Assembly: GCF_963545685.1 (NCBI RefSeq)
Contig: NZ_CAUUKN010000004.1
Location: forward strand, 5,439-69,438
Length of the DNA: 64,000 nt
Direction: 5' to 3'
Source: an uncultured Streptococcus sp.
GTDB taxonomy: Bacteria; Bacillota; Bacilli; Lactobacillales; Streptococcaceae
Shown here piece by piece: positions 48,375 through 57,744 of the stretch. Below the pieces are notes generated by a model. The model did no database searches and was not told the origin of the DNA. It saw only the letters and a list, made by a program, of their open reading frames with translations. Both the position numbers and the translations under genes were made by a program. Every line of letters starts with the position of its first letter. Positions within the stretch are counted from its first letter, which is position 1.

Positions 48375-50104
48375 TCTTGTTTGTGTGGATGGATATCGTA
48401 GATTTTCAAATTTAGTAGAAGATCCTCCTGGGTGGAGAATACTTTGATATCCTGCTTGCCAGAGGTGTTAAACCTAGCTAGAGTGTAGGATTGACCATTA
48501 GGGAAGAAAATTTCTAAGCTACGATTGTCTGTAATAAGCGTTAGAGTGATATTATCAGTTTCCTTATAACGACTGTCAGCTTTATAACCTTGACCCTTCC
48601 CCAAGAGTCCATCGTAATAGTAAGAGGAAGCAGTTTGACTGCCATCTATGCTGTGATTTAGCTCAGCAGCATATGCAGAAACCTGATAGATACCACTTGC
48701 TATTTGGTAGGCAATCTTAACATAATCAGCTCCTTGCCAAATATCAATGTAGATATATCCTCCTTCTTGCTTGAGATTTGAAAAATGGAACTTGTAGTAA
48801 CCTGTGCTACTTTTTCCGGCAAGATCAAGCAGGCCATTAGCACTTTGATTGTGACTTTCATCAACCCAAGGGCTTCTATTGTCACTGGTGAGCGGTCTTT
48901 GACTTGAAATGTTGCCATTTTGATTTTTAAGGGTCAATTGTTTATCTGTATAAAGAGGAGTGGACTGAATGATACCGTCCTTGTCCAGTTGTAGCTTTCT
49001 GGGGGTAGCGTAAAAACCAACAGTTGTTAGAAAATCACTCTTGGCCTCTTCGTCACTATGAATACCAGAAGTAAAGTAGTTCCAATTACCAACCCAACCA
49101 AAACTGATAAGGCTATGATTACTTTCTTCAATATGCTCACTTCCAGTGAAGTTAGCACCATAATAGTCTGACCCTTGATCTAAGCGTTTTGTCTCTGTCT
49201 CAGCAATAAATAAGCCGTTCTCATCTAAATGCCCAACAGTATAGTAGGTCCCACTTGTTTCACTAGAAGCTGTATCTTTGGCTCCAAAAAAGAGAACTTG
49301 TTTGTTCTGACCGTCAGCTCTAGTCATCGTTTTGAGAACCGGACACTCGATAGGAGCGTTATCCGTCCAGTTACGACCTTTAAAAAAAGTTTCGGGCAGG
49401 ATTTTGGAGACTCCATTGCTATCTGCTTTTGTCCAGTTGATGCCATCTTGAGATTGATAAACACCTAAGGCCTCACCTTCAGCGACATACATGAGTAGTC
49501 TGTCTTTAAAGTGGAATACATAGGGGTCTCGGAAGTCTTTGCCATTATAGGATTGCTCTTTTGTCAATAAAGGTTTGCCATCTTTTAATTCCCGAGTAAA
49601 GCCAGCCCCTTGGTTATTTGAAGCACTAGCATAAATAGCTTGGCTTCCATCATCCATGAGCCCAGTAAAATAGGCTACAGATTCGTTATCTTGACCACCA
49701 GCAATTCCTTGACTATCGGTAACGACACTCCCTGTCCAAGCAGACTGCCATCCTTCTTGAGGATCCCCACCTTTTGCTGGTATAGCTGTCTCTTGTTTGC
49801 TATAGGTGATAAAATCCTTAGTGGTTGTATGTGTCCAATCTTGACCACTAGGGCCAAGAGGGTCAGTAGCCCCATCCACAGAATGCAAAAAGTAGATGTC
49901 ATAGTAATTTTTAGCTTTATTCCATACGATAGTTTGGAGGTCATTTGACCATCCTTCATTAGTCGCTAGATGGAAGCTTTGGCTCACATGAGGTTTAGGT
50001 GTTTTCTGAGAAAAAATGTCAACGTTTTCATTTTCTCTTGTGAAAACAAAAAACAAAATTAAAAAAATGAGAATTAATAATAAATACAGATGTTTTGCTT
50101 TCAT
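48368..50104 (-). CDS. GH32 family beta-fructosidase (levanase/exo-fructanase-like) with N-terminal membrane anchor or signal
   Basis: 578 aa. Hydrophobic N-terminus MKAKHLYLLLILIFLILFFVF. GH32 catalytic blocks WSND (nucleophile Asp), FRDPYVF and IECPVL. Confidence 0.8.
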   Translation of the reverse strand: MKAKHLYLLLILIFLILFFVFTRENENVDIFSQKTPKPHVSQSFHLATNEGWSNDLQTIVWNKAKNYYDIYFLHSVDGATDPLGPSGQDWTHTTTKDFITYSKQETAIPAKGGDPQEGWQSAWTGSVVTDSQGIAGGQDNESVAYFTGLMDDGSQAIYASASNNQGAGFTRELKDGKPLLTKEQSYNGKDFRDPYVFHFKDRLLMYVAEGEALGVYQSQDGINWTKADSNGVSKILPETFFKGRNWTDNAPIECPVLKTMTRADGQNKQVLFFGAKDTASSETSGTYYTVGHLDENGLFIAETETKRLDQGSDYYGANFTGSEHIEESNHSLISFGWVGNWNYFTSGIHSDEEAKSDFLTTVGFYATPRKLQLDKDGIIQSTPLYTDKQLTLKNQNGNISSQRPLTSDNRSPWVDESHNQSANGLLDLAGKSSTGYYKFHFSNLKQEGGYIYIDIWQGADYVKIAYQIASGIYQVSAYAAELNHSIDGSQTASSYYYDGLLGKGQGYKADSRYKETDNITLTLITDNRSLEIFFPNGQSYTLARFNTSGKQDIKVFSTQEDLLLNLKIYDIHPHKQEK

Positions 50105-50263
50105 ATAGTGATATTACCTGTCATCTTAATTGTTTTTATAGTTAATATTTTAACAAAAAAACAATTTTTTACAAAAAATACTATTTTGTAATTAAAAAAA
50201 GATTGGAATTTAGATTAAAAAATGATAGAATTAAACATGTGAAAAGATAAAAGGAGAGTTTAT

Positions 50264-53170
50264 ATGGACAGTACAGTTAATTCACATTCAAAAACAGTAG
50301 CACCGAAACAAGCAGAGTGCAAGAAGATGCGTTATAGCATTCGTAAGGTTGCAACAGTGGGAGCAACATCAGCTCTCGTTGGTACCTTGGCATTTTTAGG
50401 TGCAACTCAGGTCAAAGCTGATCAAGTTACAGAAACAGCACCAACGGTAGCTACTACGACGACAACACCAGAAACAAGCACAGCATCTCTAACGGTAGCC
50501 AGTGAAACTGCAACAAGTGTAACAACTTCAGAAGCAGTTGAATCTTCAGTTGCACATTCAGAGGTTGCAACTGCACCAGTAACAGAGACACAAGCAAGCA
50601 AGGCAACTCCATCAGTAGTTGAAGATAAGACAACTAATACGGTAGTGACATCTTCATTAGATACAACAGCATCAACAGCATCAACAGCAACAATTGCTAC
50701 GGTTGCTACACCAGCTTCTACATCAGAGGCTGCAGTAGAAGCACCAACTTCAACAGCAAGTTCAGAATCAGCTGATACACACGCAGAAGTAGCACCTAAG
50801 CTTACTGAAAATAGTGCTGCCAATGCGAACCTTAGCAAACTTAATGGTCGTATTAAATCTATTGTTGAAGATAATATGACCTCAGAACAAATCGTTGCCT
50901 TGACCGAAGAAGAAATTAAAGCACTTAATAAAGTTGACTTTAGTGATGATGCTATCAAAGGTACTGGTACAAGCTTGACTTACCGTAACTTGAAAGATAT
51001 CGTTGCTAGCTTCTTGAAGCAAGACAGCAAATTGGCAGTTCCTTATTTTAAAGCAGATACAATTATCAATATGCCTGCCTTCAACACTGTTGATGCCCAA
51101 ACGATGGAAAAAGAAGAAATCGACGTTTGGGATTCTTGGCCAGTCCAAGATGCTGAGTCAGGTGTAGTCAGCAACTGGAATGGTTATCAGTTGGTTATTT
51201 CAATGGCCGGTGCACCAAATAAAAATTCAAACCACATTTACTTGCTCTATAGTAAATATGGGGACAATGACTTTACTCATTGGAAAAATGCGGGTCCAAT
51301 CTTTGGTTACAATGCCCTTGAAGATGACCAACAATGGTCAGGTTCAGCGACTGTTAACTCTGATGGTAGTATCCAACTTTATTACACTAAGAATGATACA
51401 AGTGGTGGTAAATTAAACTGGCAACAATTGGCCAGTGCTACCCTCAACTTGGCTGTTGAAAATGACGAAGTTGTTATCAAGTCAGTTGAAAATGACCACA
51501 TTCTCTTTGGTGGAGATAACTATCACTATCAAAGCTATCCAAAATTCATGAGTACTTTCAATGATGACCATAACCATGATGGTATTCCAGACCGTACGGA
51601 TAACTACTGTCTTCGTGACCCACACATCATTGAAGATAACGGTAGCCGTTACCTTATTTTCGAATCAAATACAGGTGACGAAAACTACCAAGGCGAAAAA
51701 CAAATTTACAACTGGTCAAACTATGGAGGAGATGACGCCTTTAACCTTAAGTCATTCCTCAATATTGTTAACAATAAACACCTATACAACCTTGCATCAT
51801 GGGCAAATGGTTCTATCGGTATCTTGAAACTTGATGATAATGAGAAAAATCCATCTGTAGCAGAACTTTACACACCACTTGTTACTAGCCACATGGTTAC
51901 TGATGAAGTAGAACGTCCAAGTGTTGTTAAGATGGGTAACAAGTATTACCTCTTCACTGCTTCACGTATCAATAAATCTACGGATGCTGAAGGTACTGTG
52001 GCAGCGCGTGAAGCTGTCGGTGATGATGTTGTCATGCTTGGATTCGTATCAGATAGCCTCCGTGGAGAATACCGTCCACTTAACGGCTCAGGTGTGGTCT
52101 TGACAGCCTCTGTACCAGCTGACTGGCGTACATCTACCTATTCTTACTATGCGGTTCCTGTTGAAGGCTCATCAGATACTCTTTTGGTAACTTCATACAT
52201 GACTAACCGTGGTGGTATTGCTGGTGCTGAGAATAAATCAACATGGGCCCCAAGCTTCCTCATTAAGATGAATGAAGATGATACTACAGAAGTTCTTCCT
52301 AAGATGACCAACCAAGGGGACTGGATTTGGGATAAATCTAGTGAAAGCTTGGTACACGTGGGTGATCAAAACAGCGCTAAATTACCAAATGAGGACTTTA
52401 ACGTAGATTATTATGCGGTGTCAGGTTATGGTCTTAAACCACATACTTATCCTACAGTTGATGGTTCAACGGGCGTTTCTGAAGCTCACGGTGTATTAAC
52501 TGTGACTGTTAAAGATGGCGAAGACAAGAAAGCAGATAAATCAGAAACACCAGTAAATCCAACAGATGGAAACCATTCTTCTGATGATAAGACTAATAAA
52601 CCAGATACGCCTTCTAAACCAGCAGATAATAATCAACCATCAGCTGATAAAGAAAATAAACCAGCAACGCCGACGAATCCAGATTCTCCAGTTCGTACAC
52701 CGTTCCCACATTTCGCAGACCATTCATCAGATGATCATCATGTAGAGGTTCCTGTGAAACCTTCAACAGAAGGTTCTGTGGGTGACCGTCGTCCAGTAGC
52801 TCAAGCTACAGAGATTGCGACACCAGTACCAGAAGCTATTGTATCAACAGGACCATCTGTTCCAGCGAATGCTGTTGAAGAAAAGGTAGTTACTGAGACA
52901 GAAACTCCAAAATCAGCTAAGTCTGAAGAGGACCTTAAGTCTCATGAAGTAGCACAAGCTGATGAAGTAACTAAGTCTGATGAGTCAAGTAAAGACAACA
53001 ACACTAAAGTTGCTGCCAAACTTGCGACAACTCCTAAGACGCCAAGTGATTCAGAAGATTCAAATAGCAACATTCTTTCAATTTTGGCAGCCATCTTTGC
53101 GGCTATTGGTAGCTTAGCACTTCTTGGCTATGGTTTAGTTACAGGTAAAATTCATCTGCCTAAAAAATAA
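50264..53170 (+). CDS. ftf: Cell-bound GH68 beta-D-fructosyltransferase (levansucrase) Ftf
   Basis: 968 aa. YSIRK-type leader (KKMRYSIRKVATVGATSALVG). GH68 blocks VWDSWPVQD, CLRDPHIIED, DEVERPSVV. T/S/A-rich N-terminal and P/K/D-rich C-terminal regions. Terminal hydrophobic anchor without LPXTG. Confidence 0.9.
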   Translation: MDSTVNSHSKTVAPKQAECKKMRYSIRKVATVGATSALVGTLAFLGATQVKADQVTETAPTVATTTTTPETSTASLTVASETATSVTTSEAVESSVAHSEVATAPVTETQASKATPSVVEDKTTNTVVTSSLDTTASTASTATIATVATPASTSEAAVEAPTSTASSESADTHAEVAPKLTENSAANANLSKLNGRIKSIVEDNMTSEQIVALTEEEIKALNKVDFSDDAIKGTGTSLTYRNLKDIVASFLKQDSKLAVPYFKADTIINMPAFNTVDAQTMEKEEIDVWDSWPVQDAESGVVSNWNGYQLVISMAGAPNKNSNHIYLLYSKYGDNDFTHWKNAGPIFGYNALEDDQQWSGSATVNSDGSIQLYYTKNDTSGGKLNWQQLASATLNLAVENDEVVIKSVENDHILFGGDNYHYQSYPKFMSTFNDDHNHDGIPDRTDNYCLRDPHIIEDNGSRYLIFESNTGDENYQGEKQIYNWSNYGGDDAFNLKSFLNIVNNKHLYNLASWANGSIGILKLDDNEKNPSVAELYTPLVTSHMVTDEVERPSVVKMGNKYYLFTASRINKSTDAEGTVAAREAVGDDVVMLGFVSDSLRGEYRPLNGSGVVLTASVPADWRTSTYSYYAVPVEGSSDTLLVTSYMTNRGGIAGAENKSTWAPSFLIKMNEDDTTEVLPKMTNQGDWIWDKSSESLVHVGDQNSAKLPNEDFNVDYYAVSGYGLKPHTYPTVDGSTGVSEAHGVLTVTVKDGEDKKADKSETPVNPTDGNHSSDDKTNKPDTPSKPADNNQPSADKENKPATPTNPDSPVRTPFPHFADHSSDDHHVEVPVKPSTEGSVGDRRPVAQATEIATPVPEAIVSTGPSVPANAVEEKVVTETETPKSAKSEEDLKSHEVAQADEVTKSDESSKDNNTKVAAKLATTPKTPSDSEDSNSNILSILAAIFAAIGSLALLGYGLVTGKIHLPKK

Positions 53171-53185
53171 AATTTGACCCTTTTT

Positions 53186-53219
53186 AAAAACGTTTGCAAG
53201 TAAAGCAAGCGTTTTTTTT
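53186..53219 (+). terminator. Terminator after ftf
   Basis: AAAAACGTTTGC aagtaaa GCAAGCGTTTTTTTT. Confidence 0.9.
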
Positions 53220-53267
53220 GCCTTTTTGATATAATGGAGTGAATATAAAGCAAAGGAAGAAACTATT

Positions 53268-53897
53268 ATGGGTAAATTTCAAGTTATTTCACATCCACTG
53301 ATTCAACATAAACTTTCAATCCTTCGTCGTGAGGATACCTCTACTAAGGATTTCCGTGAGCTAGTTAATGAAATTGCTATGCTCATGGGTTACGAAGTAT
53401 CTCGTGACCTTCCCCTCGAAGAGGTTGAAATTCAAACACCAATTACAAAAACAGTTCAAAAACAACTTTCTGGTAAAAAATTGGCAATTGTTCCAATCCT
53501 TCGTGCGGGTATTGGTATGGTCGATGGTTTGCTTAGCCTTGTACCTGCAGCAAAAGTTGGTCATATTGGTATGTACCGTGACGAAGAAACGCTTGAGCCA
53601 GTTGAGTACTTGGTTAAATTGCCAGAAGATATTGATCAACGTCAGATTTTTGTAGTGGATCCAATGCTTGCGACAGGTGGTTCGGCAATTTTGGCGGTGG
53701 ATTCACTTAAAAAACGTGGAGCAGCTAATATCAAGTTTGTGTGTTTGGTTGCCGCACCAGAAGGTGTTAAAAAATTGCAAGACGCCCACCCAGATATTGA
53801 TATATACACAGCATCTTTGGATGAGAAACTTAATGAGAATGGTTATATTGTTCCAGGTCTTGGAGATGCAGGGGACCGTCTGTTTGGCACAAAATAA
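53268..53897 (+). CDS. upp: Uracil phosphoribosyltransferase
   Basis: 209 aa. PRPP-binding [11 protein letters not shown] and C-terminal [12 protein letters not shown]. Confidence 0.95.
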   Translation: MGKFQVISHPLIQHKLSILRREDTSTKDFRELVNEIAMLMGYEVSRDLPLEEVEIQTPITKTVQKQLSGKKLAIVPILRAGIGMVDGLLSLVPAAKVGHIGMYRDEETLEPVEYLVKLPEDIDQRQIFVVDPMLATGGSAILAVDSLKKRGAANIKFVCLVAAPEGVKKLQDAHPDIDIYTASLDEKLNENGYIVPGLGDAGDRLFGTK

Positions 53898-53901
53898 GTT
53901 G

Positions 53902-53927
53902 AAAAGGGAGATTTTCCCTTTTTTTAA
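53902..53927 (+). terminator. Terminator after upp
   Basis: AAGGGA gattt TCCCTT plus TTTTT. Confidence 0.8.
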
Positions 53928-54017
53928 TAGGGTAATGACTTAGAAAATCTTAATAATCACCTGTTTTTTACCTATTTAGCACTCTTTTTAAATGAGTGCT
54001 AAGAAAGATGTTTTTTA

Positions 54018-54047
54018 TTTGACCTAATTTGACTAAAATCATATAAT
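54018..54047 (+). promoter_or_regulatory. CtsR operator (TTTGACC-taa-TTTGACT) plus TATAAT -10 of clpP
   Basis: The reverse complement AGTCAAAttaGGTCAAA gives two perfect RGTCAAA heptads with a 3-nt spacer (54018-54034). TATAAT at 54042-54047. Confidence 0.8.
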
Positions 54048-54079
54048 AACATCAAGACAATATTAAAAGGAGAATTCAT

Positions 54080-54670
54080 ATGATTCCTGTAGTTATTGAA
54101 CAAACATCACGTGGTGAACGTTCTTATGACATTTACTCACGTTTACTCAAGGATCGTATTATCATGTTAACAGGTCCTGTAGAAGATAATATGGCAAACT
54201 CAATTATCGCTCAACTCTTGTTCTTGGATGCCCAAGACAATACAAAAGATATCTATCTTTATGTTAATACACCTGGTGGATCAGTTTCAGCAGGCCTTGC
54301 CATTGTTGATACAATGAACTTTATCAAGTCTGATGTTCAAACCATCGTTATGGGGATGGCAGCATCAATGGGTACAATTATCGCTTCAAGCGGTACCAAA
54401 GGTAAACGTTTCATGTTGCCAAATGCAGAATACATGATTCACCAACCAATGGGTGGTACTGGTGGTGGTACTCAACAAACAGATATGGCTATCGCAGCTG
54501 AACACTTGCTCAAGACTCGTAATAACTTGGAGCAAATCTTGGCTGATAATTCTGGTCAGTCAATTGAAAAAGTTCATGCTGATGCTGAACGTGATAATTG
54601 GATGAGTGCCCAAGAAACACTTGAATATGGCTTCATTGATGAAATCATGGCCAACAACCAATTAAAATAA
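54080..54670 (+). CDS. clpP: ATP-dependent Clp protease proteolytic subunit
   Basis: 196 aa. Catalytic Ser region GMAASMG and His region IHQP. CtsR operator upstream. Confidence 0.95.
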   Translation: MIPVVIEQTSRGERSYDIYSRLLKDRIIMLTGPVEDNMANSIIAQLLFLDAQDNTKDIYLYVNTPGGSVSAGLAIVDTMNFIKSDVQTIVMGMAASMGTIIASSGTKGKRFMLPNAEYMIHQPMGGTGGGTQQTDMAIAAEHLLKTRNNLEQILADNSGQSIEKVHADAERDNWMSAQETLEYGFIDEIMANNQLK

Positions 54671-54688
54671 GCCTAGCTTATATAATAT

Positions 54689-54739
54689 AAAAGTCGGATG
54701 CTAATCGGTTTATATAAGAACCGTTTCATCTGACTTTTT
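54689..54739 (+). terminator. Long hairpin terminator after clpP
   Basis: AAAAGTCGGATG ... CATCTGACTTTTT with an inner CGGTT/AACCG stem. Confidence 0.75.
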
Positions 54740-54740
54740 G

Positions 54741-54749
54741 TGTTATAAT
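54741..54749 (+). promoter_or_regulatory. Extended -10 TGtTATAAT directly upstream of the ylbF-like ATG
   Basis: TATAAT at 54744-54749. The A of the ATG (54757) is the 8th nt downstream. Confidence 0.45.
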
Positions 54750-54756
54750 AGGAAAC

Positions 54757-55206
54757 ATGTTAATAATCAATAAGGAGCTGCTTGCTATTGATCAAGCAAT
54801 AGACAGCCTTGTTTTACATTTTCTAAAATTACCAGAAGTAGAGAATTACCGTTTAAAACGGCAGAAATTTGAAAATGTCAGAGAACTTCAAGAGCTACTC
54901 TTGGAATTTCAGGAATTAAAGGAAAGTTATGATAAAGCTAAGGAGTATGAGGCTTTTAGACCAGATGTGAGAGACCTGAAACGTCAGGTTTTGCGAATGA
55001 AGCGTCAAATTGATTTAAACGAGGTGGTTATAGGCTATCGTCAGGCGGAGTTCGATTTGCAGATAATACTAGCTTCACTTGGTGAAGAGATTGCTCAAGC
55101 TATCTCAAATCAGATTTTCATTGATACTGGGCTACCTCTTGCCCCTCATAAACCTCATCATAAAAAGGGTGACACTAACATAAAGGAGAAGATGAGTCAT
55201 GATTAA
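54757..55206 (+). CDS. ylbF: YlbF/YmcA-family regulatory protein
   Basis: 149 aa. ...ENYR..., ...IDLNEVVIGYRQAEFDLQIIL... aligns by eye with B. subtilis YlbF as I recall it. Followed by a ylbG homologue, as in Bacillus. Confidence 0.7.
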   Translation: MLIINKELLAIDQAIDSLVLHFLKLPEVENYRLKRQKFENVRELQELLLEFQELKESYDKAKEYEAFRPDVRDLKRQVLRMKRQIDLNEVVIGYRQAEFDLQIILASLGEEIAQAISNQIFIDTGLPLAPHKPHHKKGDTNIKEKMSHD

Positions 55207-55480
55207 GCGTCAAGGCATTATTGTTTATTTATACTATAATAGAGACTTACGTAAAATTGCCAAGTTTGGTGATGTTGTCTACCATTCCTATAAGATGCGT
55301 TATGTGCACCTCTATGTAGATCAAGACAAGGTTAAGGATATCTTGACAGAGCTTGAAGGAATGAAGGCAGTAAAAAGGGCCCTACCTTCGTATTATTCTG
55401 ATATTGATATGGATTTTGTAGGAAGTCTAGAACGTTATGACACCTCAGTCCCTGAACAGTTTAAAAACTTTTCTCTTTAA
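55199..55480 (+). CDS. ylbG: UPF0298 / DUF2129 protein (YlbG-like)
   Basis: 93 aa. RQGIIVYLYYNRDLRKIAKFGDVVYHSYKMRYVHLYV is a pattern typical of UPF0298. 8-nt overlap with the ylbF-like gene. Confidence 0.75.
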   Translation: MIKRQGIIVYLYYNRDLRKIAKFGDVVYHSYKMRYVHLYVDQDKVKDILTELEGMKAVKRALPSYYSDIDMDFVGSLERYDTSVPEQFKNFSL

Positions 55481-55501
55481 CTAGGAGAAAAGTTTTTTTT
55501 T
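55467..55501 (+). terminator. Terminator overlapping the end of the ylbG-like gene
   Basis: ACTTTTCTC tttaactag GAGAAAAGT plus TTTTTTTT. Confidence 0.85.
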
Positions 55502-55637
55502 ATTCTTAAAGCGTTAGTTTAAAAGCAATGGAATCGATTACTAGGGATAGAACAGAGTTGTATGTAGTTGACAATTGTCTGATAATTCTGTAAGCTATAA
55601 GGTAGACTTTTTTAAGAAAATATTAAGGAGAAATCTT

Positions 55638-56813
55638 ATGTCTAAAAAGATCACACTTATTGTGTTAGCCTTTTTTGCTTCCATTTTTTTGGTTGCCTGT
55701 GGCAAGTCACCTGATGTGACTGCTAATGCCAATGGTACTAAGATTGGGGATACAATCAAAATTGGTGTTAACATGGAGTTGACAGGTGCCGTTGCGGCCT
55801 ATGGTAAGGCAGAGCAGAATGGTATTAAGTTGGCTGTTGATGAAATTAACAAAGCAGGTGGTGTTGACGGCAAAAAGCTAGAGCTCATCACAAAAGATAA
55901 TAAATCTGAAAATGCTGAGGCTTCAACATCTTCAACGAACTTGGCTATTCAGAGTAATGTAAATGCTATCGTTGGTCCAGCGACATCAGGTGCTGTTGCT
56001 GCTGCTAGCCTCGTGTCACAAAAAACAGGGGTTCCTTTGATAACACCTTCTGGTACTCAGGATGACCTTACGGTAGATGCTAACGGAGCTAAGAAATTTG
56101 TTTTTCGTACAACCTTTAAGGATAGCTACCAAGGTAAAGTTTTGGCGGCTTATTCTTACAATAATTTGAATGCTAAGAAAGTGGTTCTTTACTACGATAA
56201 TGCTTCGGATTATGCCAAGGGTATTGCGGATGAATTCAAGCGTGAATATAAAGGTCAAATCGTTACTGAAGCTACCTTTGCTTCAGGTGACAAGGACTAT
56301 CAGTCAGCTTTGACTAAATTTAAAGACCTTGATTATGATGCGATTGTAATGCCTGGTTACTATACTGAGACTGGTATTATTACAAAACAAGCACGTGACC
56401 TTGGAATTGATAAACCAATTCTAGGACCTGACGGATTCAGCGATGCGAAATTTACTGAGCTTGCAGGTAAAAAGAATGCTTCAAACGTCTACTATGTATC
56501 AGGGTATTCAACAAATGTTGCTCTTTCTGACAAGGCATCTGGTTTCATTGAAGCATATAAGAACGCTTACAAAACTGAACCAAATATGTTTGCTGCCCTA
56601 GCTTACGATTCTGTTTATATGGTTGCAGAAGCATCGAAAGGTGCGAAAACTTCAGTAGATATCGCTGATAACTTAGCAAATTTGAAAAACTTTGTTGGAG
56701 TTACCGGTAAAATGACAATCGACAAGGATCATAACCCTATTAAAGCAGCTCTTATGGTTAAAAGAGATAATGGTGAAGAAGTTTCAGCGGAAGCCGTTGA
56801 AATTGAAAAATAA
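55638..56813 (+). CDS. livJ: Branched-chain amino acid ABC transporter substrate-binding lipoprotein
   Basis: 391 aa from MSKKITLIVLAFFASIFLVAC (lipobox LVAC) with SD aaggag. Periplasmic-binding type I fold pattern. Confidence 0.85.
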   Translation: MSKKITLIVLAFFASIFLVACGKSPDVTANANGTKIGDTIKIGVNMELTGAVAAYGKAEQNGIKLAVDEINKAGGVDGKKLELITKDNKSENAEASTSSTNLAIQSNVNAIVGPATSGAVAAASLVSQKTGVPLITPSGTQDDLTVDANGAKKFVFRTTFKDSYQGKVLAAYSYNNLNAKKVVLYYDNASDYAKGIADEFKREYKGQIVTEATFASGDKDYQSALTKFKDLDYDAIVMPGYYTETGIITKQARDLGIDKPILGPDGFSDAKFTELAGKKNASNVYYVSGYSTNVALSDKASGFIEAYKNAYKTEPNMFAALAYDSVYMVAEASKGAKTSVDIADNLANLKNFVGVTGKMTIDKDHNPIKAALMVKRDNGEEVSAEAVEIEK

Positions 56814-56856
56814 TCTATTATCTATACTGAAAATGAACTAGAAAGTTTGGTTATTT

Positions 56857-57741
56857 ATGTTTTTTGAACAACTTCCCCAACAACTAGTCAATGGTATTAT
56901 CTTGGGTAGTATCTATGCTCTACTTGCCCTTGGTTATACCATGGTTTATGGGATTATCAAATTGATTAACTTTGCCCATGGAGACATCTACATGATAGGT
57001 GCCTTCGTTGGTTACTATGCGATTAACAGCTTGAAGATGAACTTCTGGATTGCTCTTGTTTTTGCTATGCTTGTCTGTGCGATTTTAGGGGTTGTTATTG
57101 AGTTTTTGGCTTATCGCCCACTCCGTAATTCGACACGTATTTCTGCCTTGATTACAGCTATCGGTGTCTCATTCTTCCTTGAGTACATCATGGTTCTATT
57201 TGTAGGAGCAGATACACGTTCATTCCCTCAAAAGATTGCAATTGAGACTTATCATCTTGGATCAATCTCTGTAACAAATGTGCAATTGCTTATCTTGGTA
57301 GTTGCGCTTGTGCTTATGGTTGCTCTTCAATTGATTGTTAAAAAGACTAAGATGGGTAAAGCTATGCGTGCCGTATCTGTAGACAGTGATGCGGCTGAAT
57401 TGATGGGTATTAATGTTAATAACACTATCAGCTTCACTTTTGCTCTTGGATCATCACTAGCAGGGGCAGCGGGTGTCCTTATTGGTCTTTACTATAACTC
57501 TATCGAACCTCTTATGGGTATGACGCCAGGTATTAAAGCCTTTGTTGCCGCTGTTCTTGGTGGTATCGGTATTATCCCAGGTGCAGCACTTGGTGGATTT
57601 GTTATCGGTATTTTGGAGACATTATCAACTGCAATTGGTTTGTCAAGTTACCGTGATGCCATCGTTTATGGTGTCTTGATTGTTATCCTTTTGGTTCGCC
57701 CAGCGGGTATCCTCGGTAAAAATGTGAAAGAGAAGGTGTAA
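56857..57741 (+). CDS. livH: Branched-chain amino acid ABC transporter permease LivH
   Basis: 294 aa polytopic protein. NFAHGD motif of the LivH family. Confidence 0.9.
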   Translation: MFFEQLPQQLVNGIILGSIYALLALGYTMVYGIIKLINFAHGDIYMIGAFVGYYAINSLKMNFWIALVFAMLVCAILGVVIEFLAYRPLRNSTRISALITAIGVSFFLEYIMVLFVGADTRSFPQKIAIETYHLGSISVTNVQLLILVVALVLMVALQLIVKKTKMGKAMRAVSVDSDAAELMGINVNNTISFTFALGSSLAGAAGVLIGLYYNSIEPLMGMTPGIKAFVAAVLGGIGIIPGAALGGFVIGILETLSTAIGLSSYRDAIVYGVLIVILLVRPAGILGKNVKEKV

Positions 57742-57744
57742 GAC

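Noticed and set aside
55608-55622. CodY-box-like TTTTTTAAGAAAATA upstream of livJ
   Set aside because: It has four mismatches to AATTTTCWGAAAATT, including the central C, and it lies between the putative promoter and the SD in generally A/T-rich DNA. It is plausible biologically, since liv operons are CodY targets in streptococci, but it is too weak to call.
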